Origin: Mobula hypostoma
Taxonomy: Eukaryota
Length of the DNA: 64,000 nt
Direction of reading: 5' to 3'
Assembly: GCF_963921235.1 (NCBI RefSeq)
Contig: NC_086097.1
Span: 88,662,001 to 88,726,000 of the forward strand
Both the position numbers and the translations under genes were made by a program. The first letter of the stretch is position 1; each line of letters opens with the position of its first letter. Below the pieces are notes generated by a model. The model ran no database searches and was not told the origin of the DNA. It was given only the letters and a program-made list of their open reading frames with translations. Of this stretch, positions 13,051 through 26,830 are shown piece after piece.

Positions 13051-15084
13051 TTCTATCACTCAATGATGGCTAGAATGTTACAGTAATGCTTTGGAAGTGC
13101 TGAGTGATACCAGAGGTTGAAGGGTTCAGTTGAATGCGAATCAGAAAATACATCCTTGGGCATAAAATGCTTTGAGAAAGTTGAAAGGTAAATGCAAGTC
13201 TTATTTATTGTATACACTGACTGTGAGTGAACTTCTGTGAGTTCTGATATTTGAGGGATGTCCTAATCAAGATGTTTAAAATGATAAAGGTGTTTGATGC
13301 ATTGGAAGTCTTTCCTTTCATGCAAGAGCTCAGAACAAAAGAGTAAATATTAAAATTACAGCCAGCTCATTTAAGAGTGAAATGAGTAGGGTTTTTTTCC
13401 CTTTTTAAAAGAGTGATGTAAAATGGGATCTCTTATTTAAAATCTTGGATCAATTAAAGATATTGAAAGTAAGACAGATAGACTTTACATAGTAAGGGTA
13501 TGGAGAGATGGGAAGCGAAGATGGGTTAATTGGAGCTGATTTGTAGGTCAACCATGATCCAGCTAAATGATGTAACCCTCTTGGGGCTGAATGGTTGCTT
13601 CTTGTTCATATGTGTTTGCAGTTTCCATCATTTCAGAAATGCCATTAAAGAGATTAAAGTCAACATCCTCTTCCCATGCTCCATGTAAATACAAAGAACA
13701 ACTTACATAGCTGCAAATATGCTGGGTGTTTGAAAAGGTCCGGGATGCATGATACTGCAGAGTACTTACAACACAGGAGATGTTCTATGCCATTGCTATT
13801 GCTCTACGCAAGCCTCCTGCCTGCATTCCATTTAACATCACCAACGTACCCTTCTATACCTTTTTATCTTCATATACTGTACAGTCTCCCACATTAACCT
13901 TTCAACCAGTGAAACAGTTACTCTAAACAACCTATTAATTTGCTTAACAATGGCAGCTGATTGTGGCTTACAGGAAGATACTTTATTAATTCCGAAGGAA
14001 ATTACAGTGTCACAGTGGCATTACAGATGTAACTATTAGGAGAGAAGTAGAAAGAATAAAAATAAGCTACTACAAACAGTCTAACAGGAGGGGTCTATAG
14101 GTTGACTCATTATAGAGCCTAATGGCCGAGGGTAAACAAGACCTCACATAGCGCTCTTTGGAGCGGCACAGTTGTCATAGTATCCATCCAAATGGGAAAA
14201 AAAATCTTTCTGCTTACCCATCAATCTCTCTGATAATTATAAATGGATCTATTAAGTCATCTTCAATCTTTAATTTCCCACAAATTGTTAAAAAAAAATT
14301 GATAGCCTGTTTGCAGTTTGCATTGATGGCTATACTATTTTCATTCTGTATTGAATTTGTAAATCTGGCCTTCAACACAATTCCTTCACTTTTGGGATTT
14401 GTTTTCAAATGAATTTGGAATAAAATATTGATGTACTTGGCAGCTAGCTGTATGAGATCTATGTAGAAGGATGTAGGGTCTCTGCATTCAGACACCCAGT
14501 TACGGGGCCTGGATGAAATTACTTCACTGATTTTAACTGGGCACCAAATGAACAATGTCATGTAGTGACTGCACAGGTGTGTGATATGAGAATGCTGTGG
14601 AACATTAGAATGTGCCTTTCTGAAACTGCCACTGCATCTTTCAGCTGAGGCAGACATAACTTAGCACCCTACTATGTTTTATCTGGTTGAGTTACGCTTG
14701 GTCGTGGGAACTTAGTACAGGGTGCTGAAATGAAAATCATTCCATTTTCTTCCACTGACATCCCTCAAGATAATGAGTTCAAAACTCATACATAATACAA
14801 ATAGACAAAGGAGATGGGAGCTGAAGGGTTTCCATCCTTAAGCAATGTTTTTATTGGCAGGTCAACTGCTGGGAATGTTTTGGAACTGGTTGCTAACAGG
14901 GAGTCTGGAAACAGTACTTTACCAGGTTTTCAAAGCATCACTGAGAGACCAGACTTGAGAAATGTTATTATCATATACTTTGATATTTTGATGATGTTCG
15001 ACAAGGTTTCAAATTTTTAAAAAATGGAAAATTGAGCAGATGTGGATGCCTTAGAAATGTATTTTTGCTGAATAAGGAAGTGAT

Positions 15085-16231
15085 GACAAGGTCCTGCATG
15101 GGAGGTTAGTTAGGAAAATTCAGTCGCTAGGTATACATGGAGAGGTGGTAAATTGGATTAGACATTGGGTCAATGGAAGAAGCCAGAGAGTGGTGGTAGA
15201 GAATTGCTTCTCTGAGTGGAGGCCTGTGACTAGTGGTGTGCCACAGGGATCAGTGCTGGGTCCATTGTTATTTGTCATCTACATCAATGATCTGGATAAT
15301 AATGTAGTAAATTGGATCAGCAAGTTTGCTGATGATACAAAGATTGGAGGTGTAGTAGACAGTGAGGAAGGTTTTCAGAGCCTTGGACCAGCTGGAAAAA
15401 TGGGCTAAAAAATGGCAGATGGAGTTTAATACTGACAAGTGTGAGGTATTGCACGTTGGAAGGACAAACCAACGTAGAACATACAGGGTTAATGGTAAGG
15501 CACTGAGGAGTGCAGTGGAACAGAGGGATCTGGGAATACAGATACAAAATTCCCTAAAAGTGGCGTCACAGGTAGATAGGGTCGTAAAGCGAGTTTTTGG
15601 TACATTGGCCTTTATTAATCAAAGTTTTGAGTATAAGAGCTGGAATGTTATGATGAGGTTGTATAAGGCATTGGTGAGGCCGAATCTGGAGTATTGTGTT
15701 CAGTTTTGGTCACCAAATTACAGGAAGGATATAAATAAGGTGAAAGAGTGCAGAGAAGGTTTACAAGGATGTTGCCGGGACTTGAGAAACTCAGTTCCAG
15801 AGAAAGGTTGAATAGGTTGGGACTTTATTCCCTGGAGCATAGAAGAATGAGGGGAGATTTGATAGAGGTATATAAAATTATGATGGGTATAGATAGAGTG
15901 AATGCAAGCAGGCTTTTTCCACTGAGGCAAGGGGAGAAAAAAACCAGAGGATATGGGTTTAGGGTGAGGGGGGAAAAGTTTAAAGGGAACATTAGCGGGG
16001 GCTTCTTCACACAGAGAGTGGTGGGAGTATGGAATGAGCTGCCAGACGAGGTGGTAAATGCGGGTTCTTTTTTAACATTTAAGAATAAATTGGACAGATA
16101 CATGGATGGGAGGTGTATGGAGGGATATGGTCCATGTGCAGGTCAGTGGGACTAGGCAGAAAATGGTTCGGCACAGCCAAGAAGAGCCAAAAGGCCTGTT
16201 TCTGTGCTGTAGTTTCCATGGTTTCTATGGT
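15085..16231 (+). mobile_element. Young 5'-truncated CR1 LINE
   Basis: [22 protein letters not shown] and RT C-terminus; tail tttccatggtttctatggtt; near-identical to 27818-28448. Confidence 0.93.
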
Positions 16232-17148
16232 TGCAAAACAGTTTTTTAATCAGAACTGGGAGGCAACAGACAACCATCAACAAGTGGCAGTCTTTCATGA
16301 GTCAGGCTTCTAATACTTGCACCTTATAGTGCATTGTCATCTGCTTCGTCATGGTGGTACGTGTGATGAATTGGCCGTTTCACTTACTGATTTACAGTGA
16401 AGATTTTACTTAGACCTTGATACACACAGTAGCTCTAAAAGCCAAATTGGTTCCATCCTTTGGAAGTTGTCATCAGGGGAAGGTGATGGGGTGAAGGGAG
16501 TGGGGAAGATCTTTAAGTTAGTGATTTGTTTGAAAAATATTTCGTTTTTTATGTGTTCATTATATTATATCTCCCAGACATACATTTAGATGGACACAGA
16601 ATGTTGTAGATACTGACAATATAACATGGCCAGCACCCATGATACACCAGACATCCTCAGAAGTGAAAGTAAATATGGGAGCTTAGGTATATATATATAC
16701 ACACACACATATATATAGAGGTCGGGTATCTAAGACTCTTGCACAGTACTGTGTTTGTTAACATGGGACGGAGAGCAGGTTTGTAAATCTGGTGGGAACA
16801 AAGGATGTTGTGAGGGTGAGGGTGGAGCGAAGCAGAAGTGGTCTGGGATGGGTGGCAGAGAAGGAGTGCCGTGAGCATGGGGTGGCACGGGTGCAGGCAC
16901 AACCAGTCCTGAGACACTAGGTGAGGTCATTTGATTCCAAATAATTAGTTTATTAATCATTGCAAGATGCCTCTCTGGTGCTTCCCACTTCTTCCCCTCT
17001 CCCTTTCCATTTTCCCAACCATGATCCCTCTCTCCCTGCCCACTCAGTCTGCAATAGAGACCCATATCAGAATCAGGTTTATCATTACTCACATATGTCA
17101 TGAATTTCTTTGTGTGACAGCAGTACAGTGCAATGCATAAAATTACTA

Positions 17149-17218
17149 CAGTACTGTGCAAAAGTCTTAGGCACCCTAGTTTTTAAATATATGTGCTTAA
17201 GACTTTTGCACAGTACTG
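17149..17218. mobile_element. 70-bp Tc1/mariner-type mini-MITE
   Basis: 26-bp TIRs CAGTACTGTGCAAAAGTCTTAGGCAC (25/26 match), TA on both sides. Confidence 0.85.
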
Positions 17219-17795
17219 TATCCACACATTTCTGGATAAAATCAGGCAAAGAAATATGTTGTTTATGGGAAAATAAAAGTAAAAGTAAAAAAGTTAGGCA
17301 AAGGACATGCCTGGCCAGTCTCCTAGTCATATGCTGTGACAGACATAATCCAGAGTGTCCAACAGGGAAGAGTGCAGTGGGAGTGACATCATTTTATGTA
17401 CCCCTGACCTGGAACTCGTATTGACAGACAAAGATAACTCGTGTCCAATGGTGGTGGATGCGCATCCAAACCAAAGATGTTCATTATCTGATTCCTATAA
17501 AAATTGTATAGTTTCAATCACATAAAACTGAAATAAACAGTGTCATGCAGTTTACTTTCTAGTCATATATTTTCATGTAAAGTATCAATCTGAAAACCAG
17601 CAGAAACTATGGAATTGTATTGATGATGGGCAATAGCCAAAATGTATCTTGTTGAATAAGTATGTATTGCAGTGGGTTATGATGATTAAAAGGGCCATGG
17701 AGTGCAGAAGAAAACTCAGGAGGAAGACTGCATTAATGGAATTAGTGCCAGTAGCAATGGGATTCAAGATATATTTCCTGTTTCCTTGTTCACAG

Positions 17796-17902
17796 GTGAA
17801 GCAATACATTTAGGGAGCCTCATTGCAGCTCAAGGATACCTCTTTCCCATCTCTGATCACGTTCTGACACTGAAAGATGATGGGACATTTTACAGGTTTC
17901 AG
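17796..17902 (+). CDS. RGS6: RGS6 internal exon (DEP domain), 107 nt
   Basis: cacag|GT...CAG|gtgagc; (G)[46 protein letters not shown] is RGS6-type (RGS7 has ALHLGTLMAAH). Confidence 0.95.
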
Positions 17903-19149
17903 GTGAGCAATTGTGCCTCTTTCTTCGGAATCAGAGATCTTCCTGCCTCAGGTACTTCACGTGGGCCAACTCATTTTTCAGTATTTATTTACTGTGACAC
18001 CAAATTTCAGCAACTACTTAATGTTCTTCCACCTTAACTTGGGGAAGAAATCACCAAGACAGCAGAGAAGTGGCTTATCCAATATCTGCTCTATCCTCTT
18101 CAATCTGTCCTTGTCCAGTTTGGAGGCAAGTCTCAGAGTTTCCTTTCCATTGGCTTCACAGTTATTGGGAGGAGCAGTTTTAGCCCCTATCCCTGGTGAG
18201 ATTCAGTCAATCAAATTCAAAGCTAGGATCATATCTGAAACCTCGAAGAATGAATGGATTCTGAAACTTTTGAAAACTGATTGCCTATAGGTTCTCACAC
18301 TAACTTTTGTGTGTGGGAACTTAAGATGTAGAATGAGTAAAAGACCTATCAGCTCCTCATGCCTGCTAAAGCATTCAGTAAGATCTGACCTTTCAGTGCA
18401 GCTTCACTTGACAGCACCAACCCCGTGTTGCTTAATTCATTTCGGTGTCTAAAAATCTTTTGGTCCTTTAGAGAAATTAACATCTAGAATAAAAAGAAAA
18501 GAAAATAGGAAAATTGGACAACATCCATAGAGAAAGAAAAAGAACAATTTATAAGAACTTGGTTCCTTTTCTCACTTTGACTGACAGCACTTCCTTTTCG
18601 GTGAAGTCCTCTTTCATAAAATGGCAATAGGGTGAGAGCTGTGGGAAAGGTATTAGGTTGGAGCTGGGGTTAGGATGTGGATCATGACAACATGGACCTT
18701 GGAAAGGACATTGGCTCAGCACTCATTTGGTCTGAGTGCACACTGGTGCTAACACCGGGACATCATGGCATTTTCCAGGATTTATGCACCTGAAGCTATT
18801 AATGAAAAGAAAGGGCTGCGAACAGTAGACCATTGCAAACTCTGTATGCTAAAGGTGAAAAAAACATTTCCCTTCCCTCCAGATGATTGGATTACAGTTA
18901 TTCTAAGCAGTGACTGGAATCATTGAACCAAGACATCAAAGTAAAAAAAAAAATCACCATAAAATATGCATTTAACAGAAATTGTATTCATCAGCGCCTC
19001 AGATTTACACAATGAATATTGATCTGAGACGTTGCATTGCAGTAAATTCTCTTTGCTCTTTAGTAGTATGTGGAAAACATGAAGTGCAGTTCCTTAAGAT
19101 TTGCACTGAAATTTCACACGTGGTGCTAGATTTCATGGAGTTATGGACT

Positions 19150-20075
19150 AACGCACAAGAGATTTTGAAAATGCTGGAAATCCAGAACAACATGCTCAAA
19201 ATATTGAAGGAACTCAGCAGGTCAGACAGCAGCTATGGAAATGAATAAATAGTCAACATGTTAGATTCTGCTGTTTTTGATCCAAGGTTCTTTTGGAAAT
19301 CAGGAAAGAGACATAAACCTTGTTGCTTCAAGACCGCTTTATTAAGTGCTACCAGAACAAAGGAAACTGGAAATTGGCAGTAATAGAGCCCGAGGCTAGT
19401 AAGCAAGGGAGAGAAGAAAAAAATATAGTGGAACTGCATGGTCAGATCTTTTTATACCCCATAGATGAGAAATATTCCATTCAGATTCACAGTTAAGAGT
19501 CAACCAGTCAAATAGCTCCCATTCAAAAAATGCAGTACCAAGAGAAGCTTCCAGAATCATACAAAAGTCATCACTAGTGGACACACTGAACAGTTGCATA
19601 TACATACTGTGGCTACTAGGAGACATACTAAACAATTATATGTATCTAAGTAGCTATACAAAATGCAAGTGGGTAATTAATTGTTAAAGAAAGAAACAAT
19701 TAAGCAATCTAATCCAACAGATGTTGCAGGCCAAGACCCTTCATCAGGACTGGGAAGAAAGGGGGAAGATGCAGGAATAAGAAACTGAGGGAAGATAAGG
19801 GGATGCAAGTTAGAAGGTAATAGTTGAAACCAGGTGGGTGGGGTGGGGGTGAAGTAAGAAGCTGGGACGTGATAGGTGGGAAAGATAAAGGGCTGGAGAA
19901 AAAGGAATTTGATAGGAGAGGACAGTGGATCATGGGAGAAAGGAGGGGCACCAGGGGAAGTGATAGGCAGGTGAGGAGAAGAGATGAAGTGCAGAGTGGG
20001 GAATAGAGGAGGGAAGGGGGGAGGGGGAAAATTACCAGAAATTGGAGAAAATGATGTTCATGCTGTTGCTGGTTG
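19150..20075 (-). mobile_element. Decayed Penelope-like pseudo-LTR (pLTR) fragment split by a solo LTR
   Basis: 19150-19258 and 19720-20075 resemble the pLTR arm at 33634-34070 (tgctggaaatcc..., gacccttcatcaggac, gatgttcatgc). Confidence 0.7.
19259..19719 (-). mobile_element. Solo LTR (461 bp)
   Basis: TGTT...AACA ends; minus-strand TATAAAAA near 19450 and AATAAA near 19340; homologous to 31229-31678; interrupts a Penelope fragment. Confidence 0.7.
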
Positions 20076-20301
20076 GCAGTTTAAACCTTTAGTTTCAGTT
20101 TGGACGATGGAAATTGACTTGGAACATTGTGTTCACTGTGAATAGTGAGGTTAGGTCAATGGTCATCTAAAACAACAATAAACTGAAGTTATTTTCAAGT
20201 ATTCTTTAAACTTGATTCCATCAACAAACATGTAACTAGGCTCTCTTGATCTCCTAGGTATTGTTGACTTCAGAGCAGTAACAAATAAATTTTCATTATA
20301 G

Positions 20302-20353
20302 GCTCCATATTTTTGGCCATCAAACTGCTGGGAGCCAGAAAACACAGATTATG
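20302..20353 (+). CDS. RGS6: RGS6 internal exon, 52 nt
   Basis: ttatag|GCT...TATG|gtaagt; APYFWPSNCWEPENTDY. Confidence 0.95.
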
Positions 20354-20574
20354 GTAAGTGTATATTTCATGCCTTTTATAATAAACACTGAGCCCTGTAG
20401 GGAGCATCAAGGCAAAGTAAAATGAAATGAAGGTCAATAACCTTTCATCACTTCATCACATAGGTTGGTAGGAAGCGGTGTTGCCGGTTTCGTGCAAGTT
20501 GGGAGGAAAATGGGATTTGTTGGAGAATTACAAGGGAAAGTCTGTTTGGAGCAGCACCATGGGGCAGTTTATCA

Positions 20575-20805
20575 TAAACACAGATTTTGCGGATGCTGGA
20601 AATCCTGAGCAACATGCACAAAATGCTGGAGGAACTCAGCAAGTCATGTAGTATCTATGGAGGGGAATAAACAATAGACTTTGCTAGCTTGTACTTCTTC
20701 CCCCTTCCCCCCACCCACCACCTTTTTATTCTGACCTCTGCCTCCATTCTTCCTAGTCATGATGAAGGGTCTCAGTCCTGAAAGTCAACTGTGTACTCCC
20801 CTTTC
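20575..20805. mobile_element. Short Penelope-like pLTR remnant with two oppositely oriented parts
   Basis: Minus-oriented end (gatgctggaaatcc...ggaactcagc) followed by a plus-oriented segment with a decayed hammerhead-like motif (tgatgaagggtctcagtcctgaaa). Confidence 0.6.
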
Positions 20806-23060
20806 GCGTGTGTTGACCTTGGCATGACTGATTGAGGTGCTGCCACATAGCTCCCAAGATTAGGTTCAATACTGACCTCTCTGGTGGTCTGTGTGAGATA
20901 GACACTTTTTTGTGACTCCCTGTGTTTCTGCCGGGTGCATTGGTTTGCTCCCATATCCTAAAGTTACCACTGTAAGTTACCTCTGGTGTGAAGTTGTGGG
21001 GTAGAATTGGGCCAGGGGATATAGGATTAATGGGCATGTGGAAAGTTACGTGAAAGATTAAAGTTCAAAATTCAAAGTAAATTTATTATCGGAGTACATA
21101 TATGTCACCATATACAACCACAGTTTCATTTTATTGTGGTAATACTCAATAAATCCATGAAAGGGTAATAACCAAAACAGAATCAATGAAAGACAACAGC
21201 AATGAGAGGAGAAAAAATTTGGTTCAGGTAGAATTAGTATAAAAATTGCCATTTGATGGTTGGGACATATTTGGATGAAAGAGTCTTTTTCCTTGCAACA
21301 TCTCTCTGTGAGTGAATTTTTTTGTTAAGCATTCTGCTAAATAATGATGAGGATATAGGAGTTGAGGAGCTGAATATTTCTATTTTTGTGCAGGCAGTTT
21401 CAGTGCCAAGCTCTTCCAACCCAATCAGAGATTCATTTAATATCAATTATAATTTCTTTCACATTAATATGATGCATTAGTGCCAAGCAGCTTTCTTTAA
21501 TTTTTACATTTAAATATTGTAGTGTAAGTTCTGCTCTTGGCCTAGGTCCAAGTCACTACAAAACAAACAACTTTCTTTTCTTAATTGTCTCACTCTAGAG
21601 TTAGATTGAGTCCTAGCTTAACATTGCCACAGATGAACAGTGCAAATGAAACCCAAAATATCTATTTTTATCCACCAATCATATGGCAAAAACTCAAGGA
21701 CCAAGATTATTTCTAACTATTTAAAAAAGATCTCTCAATTACCTTATAAAGTATCTTGTAAGTTAAAAATGGCAAAATCCTTCCTTATATTCATTTGCAG
21801 GCCTTGAGACCATGTTACACCCCAAAATTTGAAAGGCCATTCTGGCTGATACAAATAGAGCCAACACACAATACTTTAGTTATCTGTTAATAGTCCATGT
21901 AGAGAGCATTTACTGCACTACTCTTTTTATTTTGAGAGTCCATGAAACAAGATCAAAATCTTTTATAGATGGAGAAAACACAGGAAGATTTTGAATACGA
22001 ATAACATCCCTCAATACAATATTGTGCATTCAGAACTTTGAGCTTTGTGTCTACATTCTCCAAAGACATTTCTTATGTGGTTAAATAGCCCAAAGAGGCC
22101 ACTTGCTCAGGATAATGAAGCCAATAAATGTCAAGTATTACAGTGTCTGCACAATAATCATCAAGATTTAAGAAAATTAAATAGAGAGCATTACTATTCA
22201 TCCAGTTTTGATCGAACACGTATGACGACAAGGTGGCGTGGTGCCACAATTAAACCGTTTCAACAACGTCTCTCGTGGCCCAGCACAAAAACTATCAAAT
22301 CAATCAAGCATCATTTTACCCCAAACTAGTTATCTGCAAAAGATTCTTTACCAAGCTAACGGAATAAATTGAAATTGCTCATTTTCAGTAATAAGCTTTT
22401 GACTGTGTTAGTGAAAATATGTGAAGTTTTGACTCTAAGCTTTAAGCTTCGTTAATTTTTCTCTTGAAGGAAATGCATCAACTTTTTAAAAACATGACAA
22501 ATTAATCTATTTTGATAGTTTTCAATTGTCATTCAATTCAACAACTGCCAACAAAGTGTAAAAGTACATACTGCATACCTAAATAATAATTTCTAACCCT
22601 AATATCATCCTTTATCAGGTTTAACATTGCCAACCTTTAAAACTGACACAATGCATTCACAAGATGGAAATATACATGAAGTACCCATGTGCAGAGGAAT
22701 TTATGAAAGTGCAACTAACCAAGTACACCACTCATTTATTATCAAATAGCTACAAATCAATACAGCAATTCTGCTCACAGCTATGTAGCCCATTCTTCAA
22801 AAGAGGAAAAAACTAACAGGATGAAACATTTGACAAACAGAGTTGCCACGCCACCTCCAGAAGAGACAGACTAAACTTGCACTTATTTTTCTGAGCCACT
22901 TATTCTTCAATTAAAGACTAGAAACTCTATTGTTATCTCTTATTTTGAGATGGTGACCCTAGGTTCAGGGCATCCCAGAACATTATTTCTTCATATGGTC
23001 TTTCAAACCCAGCTCACATTTTGTATAACTCAACTCTCGTTGATCTAAGAGAATATAGGT

Positions 23061-25357
23061 CAGTGTTTCCCAACCTTTTTTAGCCCAATGCTCCCCTAAA
23101 GCACTTTCATACTTGCCAATGCCCCTAAAGCACCTCCATACTTACCAATGCCCCTAAAGCACCTCTATACTTGCCAATGCCCCAAAGCGCCTCCATACTT
23201 GCCAGTGCCCCTAAAGCACCTCCATACTTACCAATGCCCCTAAAGCACCTCCATACTTATCAATGCCCCTAAAGCACCTCCATACTTGCCAATGCTCCCC
23301 TAAAGCACCTCCATACTTGCCAAGGCCCCTCTTCGGCACAACATACTTTCCAGCACCCCCATAATGTAAAAACACATCTGCCGTATGCTAACATGAGCAA
23401 GATGATTCTGATTTAAATTTTTATTTGTCTTTATACCTAGCTTACGCAGTACCTGTGCACTGTACAGTAGCTTCAATATCAATTTGACCCTTGAACTTGA
23501 TGGTTCTTAGCAAGAGTTAAAGTATCTGGTTCAAGTTGTGACAGGCTAACATTTTTGAAAAACATTTTTGTTTCTTCATCATGCTGAATCTCGATAATTT
23601 CTTGGAAGCTCACTTCCTGTTCCTCGACCTTGCAAAGAAATGAGTTAATTACCCCATCCAGAATTTCAAGATTGTTCAAAGCCTAGAATCAATTCTGAAG
23701 ATGCTTCTTCAGTGACTGCAGGTGTAAGCAGTACTCTTGCAAATCACTGTCTCTGAAAGAGTGTGCCATACCTTCCATGCAGGGAAACTGTGAGAACATT
23801 CTTTTCTCAATGTTTTGCTTCAAATTTTCCAATAAAACAGGACACTGCACTTTTTGCCTGACTCAATTAAAATTCTCACCCCGCAGTTTCATATTTAGAA
23901 AGTTCATTTTGTCATACAGATCAGCTAGATATGCCCCATCTCCACGTAGAAGTCAATCTTGTTTTTCAAGAATTGTCAACTTCGAGCAAAAATTTAACCA
24001 CAGTGTCAAAAAGATCAAAGAAGTGTTTGAAGCAGCAGCTGTTTGGCAGCTAATGCACTTCAGCATGAAGATGCAAGCATTCAAACTCTACTTCGTTATC
24101 TTGGCATAACTGGTGAAATATTCTGCTATTTAATGGATAAGCTTTAATTTTGTTAGCAGATATTACAAGAGTCATGCCTGAAAAAAGTCACTAGCTGAGG
24201 TTTTTGGCTGAGAGATGTTGATGGTGAATTACACAATAGATTGCAAACAAACTTGGAATTTCTTTTTTCATAAAATGCCAGCATGTTGACCTGTCATATA
24301 TGCCGCTCCATCTTCTGCACAAGAAATCATATTCCTAATTGGAATACTTTTATCCTCAATATATATTTTGAGATCATCTTAGATTGATTCTCTTTTGCTA
24401 TTTGTTTTTAACTTTTTACAAAAGAGAATCTCTTCATACACTTATCCATTTTTGATGAACTGCACATATTCCATTAGCATTGCTTCGTTGTCTTGTACAA
24501 TTGACTCATCCATTTGTATCTCAAATTCTGTTTTTTGTAGCTCTGTGCATAGTTGATACTCAATGTCTTCATTCATTTCGTCAATACGATGAGCTACAAA
24601 GTTATTACTCGGAGGAATTGATTTTAAAATACTGGCATCCATTTTGAGAAGAGTGGTGAGCACTTCTGATACAGCGAGCATTATTCATCTTTCACCAATT
24701 ATATGAGATTTTTCACACTGCTATCATTTTTGAAACGTTATAAGAAACAATGAGACCACTATCAAGGTCATTTTTAACTTTCGTGGCAAATGACTTGAGT
24801 GTACAATGCTTTTCAAATACTTTTTTCATCTTCCATAATGATTACCATAAGTAGCCTTTTCAGGGTGTCTTTTACGGAAGTGTTCTTGCAATCTTGATGG
24901 TTTCATGGCTTCATTAGACATTTGGTTGGGCCAGCACTGTATTGTTCTGCAACCTATTTCCGTAGATCTGTAGAGAAAATTGAGAGGGTGTACTTGACTT
25001 ACCAGCTGTTAAATTGCATGAACTTGTTCAGTGCCGCAAGTCAAGGGGAACTGTTGAGCACCCTGGCTGCCAATTTCTGCATCCCCAATAATGTACGTTT
25101 CGTTGGCAAGGTCAGATGAAATTGCCGAGTTTCGGACATGTTGTGACACTGCCTGCAGAGCTATGGTTCTTCCTGTGTCTCAGTGCCTCCTGCTTATTTT
25201 TTTGGAAGTGCTTGCTCAACAACTAGTTGGACAACTCTTGTGCCTTAAGTTAGGGTGCCACTTATGGCCCTCCCAAGAACCTTGAATGCCCTCCAATGAC
25301 TCCTACTTCCCCTAACACCCCCTTAGGACACGTAACCGCCCCCATTAGGAATCACTG
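23061..25357 (-). mobile_element. Decayed hAT DNA transposon (Buster/Charlie group)
   Basis: TIRs CAGTGTTTCCCAA / TTAGGAATCACTG; 8-bp TSD ATATAGGT/ATATAGAT; transposase remnants NEAMKPSRLQEHF, SNNFVAHRIDEM, FEIQMDES. Confidence 0.88.
23085..23329. repeat. Minisatellite, about 8 copies of a 28-31 bp unit, inside the hAT end
   Basis: Head-to-tail CCAATGCCCCTAAAGCACCTCCATACTTR units with no spacers. Confidence 0.95.
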
Positions 25358-26830
25358 ATATAGATCCTATCTGCTTAATCTTTCTTCATAGGATAAGCAT
25401 TTCCCCCACTCCAGCTCCCTTATACCAAGAAGCAATCTGGAGAATATTACTGTTACAAGTATACCCTTCCTTTAGTAGGGAGACTAGACATTATATTCCA
25501 AATGAAGTCTTATAAATTACTGGGTAATTGCAGTTAAATGCTGAACTACCTTTGGACTCGTATCCACTTGCAATCAAGGACGTACTACGATTTACCTTCC
25601 GAATTTCTTGCTGTATCTGCATGCTAACTTTCACTGAGTCATGGGCAAGCCTGGTTGCTCTGAACATAAAACATATTTCAGTTTCTCACCATTTAAAATA
25701 TATCATACATTCCTATTTTTCTCAACAGTTTTCCACATCATATTCCATCTGAATTATCATGGTCCTTTCAGTTAGGCCATCTATCTTTCCACCCTCCACC
25801 CACCAAAAATCTATTCTGCATCTTCCTCACATTCCACAATGGCACATGGTTTTCTATCAACAACGGATCTGGGTACATTACACTTGGCCTTCATCTAAGT
25901 ATACACGGTTAACCAATGGAGACCCAACCTTAGTTGTTCCATTGTTCCTGTTGCCACAGCCCTACAGAAATAAAATGTTCTTTTTTATTATTACTCTGTT
26001 TGCTGTCTGTAAATGAAATCTCAATCTACAGCATCTTTTTCAAACTTTTGGATATAGATCACCTTTCCTCATTTTTAATCTGAAGTAAATTTCTTCCAGC
26101 TTCTCATTCACCTCAAATGGCTGTTTACTATTTTCAAAGATCTGCTGTGTCTTTTACAAAATCACAAAATATCTGAATAATTTCTCCATCATTTTTCTTA
26201 TTCCTCGATATAATTTTTCCTGTTTCAGTCTGTTGACCCACATTAACTTTTGTTAATCACTGTATTTTTCAGATAGCTTTTATAATCTTCTCTTGTACAC
26301 CCTCTTTTCTACACTCTATGAATTTCGCTTTTTCCACTTTCACTGCTAGTTTGTAGACTTAAGATCCATAAACTCTGCCTTACCCTTGTAATCAGTGTGT
26401 CTAACTTTATGATTTACACTAAGCTCGATTTCACCTCAGCTGATTGGGGACTGATGGACACATCCAATAATACAGTTTTTTCTGTACCTTCCAGTTTACC
26501 TGAACCAATTCTACATCCTGGTTTTCCAAGCTAACGTTTTTTATCCCACAGATTATTATCAATACTACTAATTATTTCTAATTAACAGTCAAGCATTTTT
26601 TAAAATTAATTTTCAATCCAGTTTGTTTCACAACCTCATCTCTGTAATTGCTTTTAGATTGTACCCACGTATTGCTTCATTTTTGTCAACAGTACATCTG
26701 TCTTGTTCCTAATGCAACATGCATTCAGATAAAGCATCTTCAGTTTTGTTTTTATGCCACTTTATCCTGCTCTGAGTTTCATTGCAGATGTGTATTTGTA
26801 TATCCGTCCCTTCCTGGCAGACTCTGGTTG

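Noticed and set aside
17702..18037. Single-exon ORFs overlapping RGS6 exons (also 11872, 36141, 53114)
   Set aside because: Similarity is confined to the splice-bounded exon; the rest is intron read-through
20755..20792. Additional active hammerhead on the + strand
   Set aside because: The core is mutated (AUGAUGA instead of CUGAUGA, and the ACGU palindrome is lost)
23085..23329. CRISPR-like array of ~29-bp repeats
   Set aside because: Units are head-to-tail with no unique spacers, lie inside a hAT element in a vertebrate intron, and there are no cas genes
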